DNA of 64,000 nt from a candidate division TA06 bacterium (GTDB lineage: Bacteria > Hydrothermota > DG-26 > E44-bin18), in the NCBI GenBank assembly GCA_004376575.1, contig SOJN01000046.1, forward strand, positions 48,709 to 112,708, in the 5' to 3' direction. The translations under genes and the position numbers were made by a program. This document shows positions 43,130 to 50,598 of the stretch, piece by piece (within the stretch, counting starts at the first letter, position 1; each line of letters starts with the position of its first letter). The notes beneath the pieces are model-generated. The model saw only the letters and a program-made list of their open reading frames with translations, did no database searches and was not told the origin of the DNA.

Positions 43130-44485
43130 CTATGCTGAGATGCCGTACTTTTTTATCTTTCTGTAAATGGTCTTTCTGCCCACGCCGAGCATGTCAGCAG
43201 CCCTGCCCTTGTTTCCTCCGCACTCACTCAGGGCCTGTTCTATGAGCTGCCTCTCCATCTCTCCAATAGTAGGCATGGCACCAGGCTTGGAGAGCCTCGT
43301 GTTGGATCTGCGTTGCAGAAGCTTTGATGGAAGGTTTTGTGGCATCAGGACCTCGTCACAGTTGAGGGCGAAGGCTCTTTCCACGACATTTTCCAGTTCT
43401 CGGACATTGCCCGGCCAATCGTAGTATGCGAATGTTTCCATGCAGGCGGGAGCTACAGACTTGACCCTTCTGTTGTATTTTTCGTTAAAAATCTTGATGA
43501 AATGGTGCACCAGTATGGGTATGTCGCCTTTTCTTTCGCGCAGGGGAGGTATCTTTATGTGTACAACACTCAGTCTGTAGTAGAGGTCATTTCTCAGGGC
43601 CTTTTGTGCCAGCGCTTCGTCAACGTCGGCGTTGGTCGCGGCGATCAGCCTCACATCTGTGGGAATAGTCTGGGTACTTCCTACTGGCCTGATCTCTTGG
43701 TCCTGCAATACGCGTAGAAGCTTCACCTGGAGGAAACCGGGCATCTCACCAATTTCGTCCAAGAACAAGGTTCCACTGTCGGCAGCCCTGAAGAGGCCGA
43801 CGTTATCGCTTATTGCTCCGGTGAAAGATCCTTTCTTGTGACCAAACAGTTCACTCTCCAGAAGGTGGTGGGGGATTGCACCGCAGTTGACCGGTATGAA
43901 CGCCTTTTGCGCTCTCTTGCTGTTGAAGTGAATTGCTCTGGCCACCAGTTCCTTGCCTGTTCCACTCTCACCTTCAATAAAAATAGGACTGTCGTTTGCG
44001 GATATTCTGTGGATTATTTCGTTTATTTCACGCATCTTTGGGGATATGCTCACCAGGACGCCGAACTCCTTCTGTTCATCGAGACGTTTCTTGAGGAATG
44101 TATTCTCCTCCTTCAAGCTCCTTTTTTCCATTATGTTGGTGATCACGTGATTTATTTCCTCCATGCGTGTTGGCTTGGTCAGATAGTCAAAGGCTCCCAG
44201 CTTCAGGGCTGAAACTGCAGAGCTCACAGTTGCAAAGGCGGTTAGCATCACAGCCTCGATACTGTCATCTATGCTTCTTATTGATCTCAGTAGCTCAATC
44301 CCGTCCATCTTCGGCATCTTCAGGTCAATTATGGCAATGTCGTACTGGGAATTTCGGATCTTCTCGAGTGCTTCAGGGCCATCGGCCGCAGTTTCCACCT
44401 TGTGTCCATATGGGGTCAATCCGTCCCTCAGAGCGTCTCTCACATCCTCTTCATCGTCGACTATAAGTACCCTTGCGCTCCCCAT
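43130..44485 (-). CDS. NtrC-family sigma-54-dependent response regulator
   Basis: VLIVDDEEDVRDAL receiver, [21 protein letters not shown], and a C-terminal HTH. Confidence 0.85.
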   Translation of the reverse strand: MGSARVLIVDDEEDVRDALRDGLTPYGHKVETAADGPEALEKIRNSQYDIAIIDLKMPKMDGIELLRSIRSIDDSIEAVMLTAFATVSSAVSALKLGAFDYLTKPTRMEEINHVITNIMEKRSLKEENTFLKKRLDEQKEFGVLVSISPKMREINEIIHRISANDSPIFIEGESGTGKELVARAIHFNSKRAQKAFIPVNCGAIPHHLLESELFGHKKGSFTGAISDNVGLFRAADSGTLFLDEIGEMPGFLQVKLLRVLQDQEIRPVGSTQTIPTDVRLIAATNADVDEALAQKALRNDLYYRLSVVHIKIPPLRERKGDIPILVHHFIKIFNEKYNRRVKSVAPACMETFAYYDWPGNVRELENVVERAFALNCDEVLMPQNLPSKLLQRRSNTRLSKPGAMPTIGEMERQLIEQALSECGGNKGRAADMLGVGRKTIYRKIKKYGISA

Positions 44486-44732
44486 TTAGACCCTTTCGGA
44501 CAGACTGGCCCGCCCTTTAAGATTGCGCCGGCAGGCTCATTTCAGAAGAATTGGCCCAGTTTGGCTTTCCCTCCGGCCAGTCAAGGGTAGAATGACTTAT
44601 AGCGGAAAGGCGGGTGTGTGTCAAGGGAAATCTTGGTTCTTGGGTCACTTTTTGGGACACAGGTCACAATTGTCTCGGTTGGGGCCAAAACGGCCTTCCG
44701 TCGTATACTGCATACTGCACGTGAATTTGGTC

Positions 44733-44761
44733 TTGACAACACCGTGGTATTTCCCTATAGT
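44733..44761 (+). promoter_or_regulatory. sigma-70-type promoter (TTGACA-17-TATAGT)
   Basis: Consensus boxes about 75 nt upstream of the sigma54 activator ATG at 44837. Confidence 0.4.
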
Positions 44762-44836
44762 TATCGGTGGGTAGGGCAGGGACCGGGGTGTGCACGCAGC
44801 GTTCGTAATCTTCAGTGCAGGACTGGAGCCGACATT

Positions 44837-45820
44837 ATGGAAGGTGCAGCCCACCCATTTGAGTTTTCCGGGCTGATCAGTAAAGACGGCAAGATGCGGG
44901 CCGTCTTTAACCTGATTGAGAAGGTTGCCTCCACTAACTCGCCAGTACTGGTGCTGGGGGAGACCGGAAGCGGCAAGGAACTTGTGGCTAGGGCCATACA
45001 TGAGAGGAGCCTCAGAGCGGTCGCTCCTTTCATCGCCATAAACTGCGCGGTGCTGTCCGAAACTCTCCTTGAGAGTGAACTCTTCGGGCACGAAAGGGGT
45101 GCGTACACAGGTGCAGTATCCAGAAAACATGGGCTGTTCGAAGTCGCAGATAAGGGAACTATTTTTCTGGATGAGATTGGGGACATGCCTCAAAAGGTTC
45201 AAGCGAAACTCCTCAGGGCTCTTGAAAGCAAGTCGTTCCGAAGGGTGGGAGGGACCAGAGATGTGAAGGTTGATGTGAGGTTGCTTTCCGCATCCGCGAT
45301 GGACCTGGCAGTAGCAATCGACAATCGTGTTTTCAGGAAAGATCTTTATTATCGACTAAGCACTGTCGTAATAGAAATACCACCTCTACGGGACAGAAGG
45401 GATGACATACCCGTGTTGGTTGAGTTCTTTCTCAAGAGGCTGGAAAGGGCGGCGGGCGGAAGGAGAGTGCGCATCACAGGTGCGGCTGTGGATGCTTGTT
45501 GCACCTTTCACTGGCCTGGTAATGTGAGGGAGCTGGAGCATGTGATAGAAAGGTCTTACGTACTCTCCGAGGGAGATGTGATAGATATTCTTGATCTGCC
45601 CGAAAGGTTAAGAGAGATCAGCAAAGCACCATCCGCCGACGCACTTGTTCCGCTCGAGGAAATAGAGAGGCGCTACATAGCCAGGGTCCTGAAGGAAACC
45701 GGTGGGAATAGGACGAGGGCGGCCCGGATTCTGGGAATCGACAGGAAGACTCTCTACAGAAAGGTGAGAATGGGGCAGATTAACCCAACTGGCTCTCCGC
45801 AGGGGCAAAAAACCACATAG
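44837..45820 (+). CDS. sigma-54 activator lacking a regulatory domain (PspF/HrpS-like AAA+ + HTH)
   Basis: [15 protein letters not shown], the GAFTGA motif in its variant form GAYTGA, and a C-terminal Fis-type HTH. The start chosen is [10 protein letters not shown]. The track N-extension from 44618 is probably non-coding. Confidence 0.75.
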   Translation: MEGAAHPFEFSGLISKDGKMRAVFNLIEKVASTNSPVLVLGETGSGKELVARAIHERSLRAVAPFIAINCAVLSETLLESELFGHERGAYTGAVSRKHGLFEVADKGTIFLDEIGDMPQKVQAKLLRALESKSFRRVGGTRDVKVDVRLLSASAMDLAVAIDNRVFRKDLYYRLSTVVIEIPPLRDRRDDIPVLVEFFLKRLERAAGGRRVRITGAAVDACCTFHWPGNVRELEHVIERSYVLSEGDVIDILDLPERLREISKAPSADALVPLEEIERRYIARVLKETGGNRTRAARILGIDRKTLYRKVRMGQINPTGSPQGQKTT

Positions 45821-45902
45821 TGCCTTCCTACCTCTCCTTTGCTTCAATTCATAAGTTACCGTCCTACAAAAGGTTAGTGCAGCACTCCCACCTTCTGATC
45901 GT

Positions 45903-45918
45903 TGGCATGTTTTTTGCT
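45903..45918 (+). promoter_or_regulatory. sigma-54 promoter TGGCAT-N5-TTGCT
   Basis: ttGGcatgttttttGCt has correct GG-N10-GC spacing, about 135 nt upstream of receiver paralog 1. Confidence 0.45.
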
Positions 45919-46053
45919 CAGTCTTAGTAGTGACACGGAAAACATGCAGTCTGAACCGGGGTCTGCGACATACTGTGGCATCTTTGCCCATTGTTATTTG
46001 AGTTTTAACCCGAGTCATTGTGCGACCCTGGTCAGTGCGTTGAGAGAAAGGCA

Positions 46054-46431
46054 ATGGCAAGAGTACTGATAGTTGAACAGGACGTCCTTTTTGGGAAGAT
46101 GCTAAGAGACCTGACTTCTGCCCAGGGGATAGAACCCGATTTGTGTCAAGGACTCGGAGAAGCGATTCTTAAGCTGCGGGAACACCACTACCAAGCTCTG
46201 GTTGTCGACATAGATCAGGAGAGTCTTGATCCTGCCGACGTGATTGGCGTCTTGAAGGCAGTCTCTCCCGGGGTGTCAGTTATTGCGATCACGGATGAGA
46301 ATCGGCTGGAAATGGAGAAACACGTCAGGGAACAAGGAATTTTCTATTACCTTGTGAAGCCGGTTGAGGAAAGAGAATACGCTGAAGCCGTCAATAGGGC
46401 TCTTCAATATTCGGATTCCTTCGCAGTTTGA
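46054..46431 (+). CDS. single-domain receiver protein, paralog 1
   Basis: MARVLIVEQD, Asp in ALVVDIDQ, T in AITDE, K in YYLVKP. 125 aa. About 50% identical to 49487..49864. Confidence 0.65.
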   Translation: MARVLIVEQDVLFGKMLRDLTSAQGIEPDLCQGLGEAILKLREHHYQALVVDIDQESLDPADVIGVLKAVSPGVSVIAITDENRLEMEKHVREQGIFYYLVKPVEEREYAEAVNRALQYSDSFAV

Positions 46432-46513
46432 TACTATCTTGCAGAGCAAAAGGCCAACATATGCCGTTTGACATTGGCTGTTAGTGCTACTAAAGTATCT
46501 GTAAAGCTAGAGG

Positions 46514-47220
46514 TTGGCGATGTCGGAGTCGTCCAAATCAATCTATCTGATTGGCTTTTTCTTTTTCGTTACTGCTGCTGCTGCACAGGAATCAGAGCCC
46601 TACTGGAAACTGGGCAATGTTCTTCCTGATTTTGGCCGCGACTCCTATGGTGAAGACGCTTACGAAAGAAGCAGTGCATTCAGAACCGACATAAACATTG
46701 TTAGGGCCGGTCTCGACTCAGATTGGCTCTACATAGAGATAGACTGCGAGGATTCCTTCTCTGGCAGCAGTGATGACCATGCAATAGAGTTGGACAACGA
46801 CCCTCTAGACGAATCAGATAGGGGTGACTGGCTCATATACGTTGGTGGGTGTGATGCTTTGGTCGATTCGGTCTGGGTCAAGGGCAAGAATGTGGGGAAG
46901 TTGTGCGGGCGCAGGCAAGAATTTATGGATTTGACCTGATGCAGAACTTCCCGAACCCGTTTGTAAACGTGACTTCAATGCGGTTCTCAGTTCCGGGTAG
47001 ATCATCTTCAAAAGAGAAAGTGAAAACATCTATCGACATTTTTGACGTGTCGGGTCGGTTGATCAGGAGACTCATACGGGAAGATATGTTCCCCGGCGTG
47101 TATCAGGTGGTCTGGGACGGAAAGACAACGGAAGCAAAAGGCGCTCCGTCAGCGATCTATTTGTGCAGATTGAAGATTGGAGAAAGGAGCGGAACAAGAA
47201 AGGTTCTTCTGCTAAGATAA
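46514..47220 (+). pseudogene. secreted T9SS-CTD protein split by a -1 frameshift near 46890-46925
   Basis: The frame-2 ORF (46514..46939) encodes a signal peptide and an N-domain. The T9SS CTD (FDLMQNFPNPF...IDIFDVSGRLIRRL...YLCRL) continues in frame 1 up to 47220. Confidence 0.5.
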
Positions 47221-47355
47221 AGACAGTCTTGAGCGGATTGGTCGGGACCGGCCTCGGTCTATGTTCATTTTCCCGCCTTAGGGAATGGCCAATCCGCTTT
47301 TGGTTTTAGGCTCACCCTAATCGACGAAATTAACTCCAAATTACAGAGCACAAAC

Positions 47356-47440
47356 GAAAAGTACGAGGTAGGAATTCCAAAGTACAAGGCCGCGCAAAGG
47401 CGATACTTCGTACTTCGCTTCTTGTACTTTGTACTTCTTC
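47356..47440. repeat. array of AAGTAC(A/G)A(A/G)G motifs in inverted orientation (imperfect palindrome)
   Basis: aaagtacgagg and aaagtacaagg on the + strand, then cttgtactttgtacttc / cgtacttcg on the minus strand. The same motif recurs at 54490-54547. Confidence 0.5.
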
Positions 47441-47564
47441 CCAAAGTGTGTGGGCGCCGTTTCCGCGCCCGTTGAATCTCATCAGTCGCTGTTTTCACTT
47501 ACTCTTGCTTGAGAAGTGAAGATGGCCCAAGTACATGACATGGTGAATGGACGACTCTTTTGAC

Positions 47565-47593
47565 TTGACAGTGCACATCAGGAAAGGTATCAT
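47565..47593 (+). promoter_or_regulatory. sigma-70-type promoter (TTGACA-17-TATCAT)
   Basis: Consensus boxes 24 nt upstream of the TTG start, which has a GGAGG RBS. Confidence 0.4.
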
Positions 47594-47616
47594 ATTGCGA
47601 CTTCTGGAGGTACGCG

Positions 47617-49251
47617 TTGCCAAAAAAAGAGGTATACACTTTCTTAGTAGTCTTCTGGTGCATACTAGTGCTCACCTATGGAACATCTTCAGGTGTGAGC
47701 GTCAACTGGGCTGGGGTATGCGGCTCAAGCAAATACCTGCAGGATGAGAATGACCGTAATCTCAAGGGTGTGTGGTTTGATTTCAGCTCGTGCGGACACA
47801 CAGTGTACGACCTTGTTTACCTGGTCTGGGACCAGGATATGGACGGCATTGAAGAGTTTGACTGTGATAGGCAGTTGGACGGAGACAGCATAGCAGACAG
47901 TATTTTCATAGGCCAGGGCGTTTTCTGCAACACTCCACCATGTTCTTCTGGTGGATTTTCCACAAACTTTACCTGGGGCGGTGAAGGCGACCTAGACACT
48001 TTTTACGTAATAGCGCTGAATGATACAACGCGTGCGTGGGCTACCTACTACGGAACGAGCGCTCAGCACAGCCCTTCTCTCTGGGAGGTTGACAACACTC
48101 AGGAGGCCGCAACGATAATCTGTAATGCAAATAGCACTTGGAAAACGGATACCGAGTTTCCAGACTCAGCGACCTTCACCGGGACCTCGATTGCGGGTAA
48201 TGCAGAACCAGGTGATAGGAAAGTTGGTATGGCTAAGATAGCAGCAGTAATAGGTACGGAAACTGCTATTTGGAATTCGATTAAGGTGGACAATGGGCCC
48301 AGCGCTGGATGCACCAATGATGACGAGGACATAGATTCAGTCAAGATATATAGGGAGGTTTCTGGAGCTGGCTTCGATCCCAGTGATGATCTGCTCATAG
48401 GTGAGGCGGAGTGGGGGCCGGGCCCTCCAGATGGGGGAACAGCCACAGTCACTTTCTTCGACCCGGAAACGTTGACCACCACCTCTGTAGATTACTACAT
48501 AGCTTTTGATATTGAAGCGAGCGCAGTCCGGAGCCACTGTGCCGCTGCCTGCATTCAGAATGACACATACTTTGGAATAAGTGCACCCGACTGCATTGAT
48601 GGGAACTTTCCATTCTGCTCTGGTGACGCGGGCCTTCCAGTGGAGATATCGAGATTCGAGGCTTTCGCAGGCGACAGGATGGTCACTCTTGAATGGACAA
48701 CCCAGACCGAGATCGATAATAGAGGCTTTCATATTTACAGGGCTTTGTCCGAAGATGGTGTCTTTTCCAGAGTGAATCAGGAGATGATCCCCGGGGCTGG
48801 AAATTCATCTTTGCCCATTGATTATGAGTACATAGATAGGGGCTTGAATAATGGGACTGAATATTTCTACAAATTGGTAAGTGTCACCTACGGCAATGAC
48901 TTGTCCTACTATGAAAATGTGGTCAGTGCGATGCCAAGGAAAGAACACTGGGGGAGGTCGGCAGACCAGACAGGCCTCTACGGATGCAGTCCCAACCCCT
49001 TCATCAGCTCTGCTCAGATTTCCTTCCAGTTGAGAGATGAGGCGGTCTCGAGCAGCGTGAGTCTTCAGGTTTACGACGTTTCCGGGAGGCTGGTCAGGAC
49101 CCTTGCGCAGGGGCATTTCGATTCTGGAGCCCACATGGTCCCGTGGGACGGGCTCGATGAGGGAGGCAAGCCTGTTCCCTCCGCTCTTTACTTCTGCCGG
49201 CTGAGGACCGACGAGGTTATTTCCATCATGAAGGTCGTAAAGGTAGATTAG
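47617..49251 (+). CDS. secreted protein with an N-terminal 'VNW / WDxDxDGI' domain and a T9SS C-terminal sorting domain
   Basis: Signal peptide. VSVNWAGV...LVWDQDMDGIEEFD is similar to the 53548 and 57220 proteins. The C-terminus LQVYDVSGRLVRTL...PSALYFCRLRT...KVVKVD is the CTD. Confidence 0.75.
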   Translation: MPKKEVYTFLVVFWCILVLTYGTSSGVSVNWAGVCGSSKYLQDENDRNLKGVWFDFSSCGHTVYDLVYLVWDQDMDGIEEFDCDRQLDGDSIADSIFIGQGVFCNTPPCSSGGFSTNFTWGGEGDLDTFYVIALNDTTRAWATYYGTSAQHSPSLWEVDNTQEAATIICNANSTWKTDTEFPDSATFTGTSIAGNAEPGDRKVGMAKIAAVIGTETAIWNSIKVDNGPSAGCTNDDEDIDSVKIYREVSGAGFDPSDDLLIGEAEWGPGPPDGGTATVTFFDPETLTTTSVDYYIAFDIEASAVRSHCAAACIQNDTYFGISAPDCIDGNFPFCSGDAGLPVEISRFEAFAGDRMVTLEWTTQTEIDNRGFHIYRALSEDGVFSRVNQEMIPGAGNSSLPIDYEYIDRGLNNGTEYFYKLVSVTYGNDLSYYENVVSAMPRKEHWGRSADQTGLYGCSPNPFISSAQISFQLRDEAVSSSVSLQVYDVSGRLVRTLAQGHFDSGAHMVPWDGLDEGGKPVPSALYFCRLRTDEVISIMKVVKVD

Positions 49252-49284
49252 GACTAAAGAAAGATCATATCGGCTGTTGGCCAA

Positions 49285-49316
49285 ACGCGCGGGTACATGC
49301 TCGCGCGTAATCTTTT
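49285..49316 (+). terminator. rho-independent terminator (acgcgcg-N10-cgcgcgt + tctttt)
   Basis: GC-rich 7-bp stem followed by a T-tract, 34 nt after the stop. Confidence 0.45.
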
Positions 49317-49433
49317 CGTTACGGGTGCCCCCCAATCATGACAGCGACCGCAACACGTTGGGCCGCTTTTCGAGTTTTGTAAGTTCTTTATGACACGTAT
49401 GTTACATGTCCATTACTTGTGTCCTGCAAAAGA

Positions 49434-49448
49434 GGCACGGAAATTGCA
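49434..49448 (+). promoter_or_regulatory. sigma-54 promoter GGCACG-N4-TTGCA
   Basis: agaGGCACGgaaaTTGCAgc is a perfect -24/-12 match, 39 nt upstream of the GTG start. Confidence 0.55.
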
Positions 49449-49486
49449 GCGCCTTGTTTGGCGCAGGTCAAACAAGGAGGGAAGCC

Positions 49487-49864
49487 GTGAGCGCTGTGTT
49501 GATTGTTGAGCATGACCCTGCCTACCGCAGGAAGTTTTTCGATCTTGCCTCTGAGTACACCGAGGAGACAGATTTCTGTACGCGAACCTGGCAGGCCATA
49601 GAAATGGTCCAGACCAAGAACTACTCATCCGTGGTGGTTGATCTGGACCAGGAGGGGATAGATCCCGTTGATGCGATCGAGGTGATCAAGGGGATCTCTC
49701 CGGGCACCGCAATCATAGCAGTGACCGAAAGGAACCGCCTGGAACTGGAGAAGACCGTAAGGAAAGAAGGTATCTTTTACTACATGGTCAAGCCTCTGGA
49801 CGATGATGAGTTCAGAGAAGCAATAGAGCGAGCAGTAGATTGCTACGGCGAGGCCTGGGAGTAG
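49487..49864 (+). CDS. single-domain receiver protein, paralog 2
   Basis: GTG start 6 nt after AGGAGG. VLIVEHD, VVVDLDQ, AVTE, YYMVKP. 125 aa. Confidence 0.65.
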   Translation: MSAVLIVEHDPAYRRKFFDLASEYTEETDFCTRTWQAIEMVQTKNYSSVVVDLDQEGIDPVDAIEVIKGISPGTAIIAVTERNRLELEKTVRKEGIFYYMVKPLDDDEFREAIERAVDCYGEAWE

Positions 49865-49880
49865 ACAGGCCTCGTTTTTT
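49850..49880 (+). terminator. rho-independent terminator (gaggcctg-N8-caggcctc + TTTTTT)
   Basis: Perfect 8-bp GC stem overlapping the stop codon, followed by a T6 run. Confidence 0.6.
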
Positions 49881-50512
49881 GCGATAAGCTTCGCATTTCG
49901 CCAGAGTTTCAAGCCATCTCCTGATAGAGGCTTCCCTCTGTGATCAAGGGTCTCAACTAGTTAGGAGAGGCATGGACTCTGGCACTCTTTTTGCTCAACA
50001 TTTCGTTGGGAAAGGTTCATAGGTGACGATATGGCAAACACAAACAACAAAGCTTCAAAGAATGCACCGTTTCTTTTCATGGTTGATGATGGCGATGCAT
50101 GTGCCAGCGGGCTGGTGGCTTACGGTAGGCCTCTAAGGACGTCTCTCGGTTCTCAGGAAGTTGACTCCGGGGTTGCATCCTGTGCCAGTTCCATGATGAA
50201 GTGGATGGCCATATACTCGGAAGATGGGAGCGAGCCTGAACAACATGCCCTTGTTTGGCACACAGCCTGCTTCGCTTTCTAGAGCGCTTTTCCCGCCAGT
50301 TTAACAGGGTGCTATCGTTTACCCCTATGCGGTACTGCAGAAGTAGATTCTGTCGATTGACAGAGCATCTCGTTCATCAAGGATGGGACAATTGCTAACA
50401 ACATTTTGTTACATGTGTCATTCAACTCTGGCCCAATCCGGAGCGGCAAAATGTTACAGAGCGCGAACAGAAGCTACAGAGGGCTTTTTCAGGTATTCTT
50501 TGTGGTCACATA

Positions 50513-50528
50513 TGGCACACTTATTGAT
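50513..50528 (+). promoter_or_regulatory. sigma-54-like promoter TGGCAC-N5-TTGAT (non-canonical -12)
   Basis: atatGGCACacttaTTGATac lies 70 nt upstream of ATG 50599. The same variant occurs at 54943. Confidence 0.4.
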
Positions 50529-50598
50529 ACTAAATAGATCGAGAAAGAAATCGTAATTGTGCAAACTGATAAAAAGCAGACAACATGAGGAGACAAGC

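Noticed and set aside
44618-44836. N-terminal 73-aa extension of the sigma54 activator in the ORF track
   Set aside because: A TTGACA-17-TATAGT promoter lies inside the extension, and the conserved AAA+ N-terminus begins at [10 protein letters not shown]. The extension is treated as 5' UTR.
46470-46490. sigma54-like ttGGctgttagtGCt upstream of the frameshifted cargo gene
   Set aside because: GG-GC spacing is 2 nt too short. The overlapping TTGACA-17-TAAAGT sigma70-like promoter explains the region better.
47265-47498. 77-aa minus-strand ORF, and 54445..54657 70-aa ORF
   Set aside because: Both translate the AAGTACAA repeat arrays (giving STKYK peptides), so they are artefacts of the repeats.
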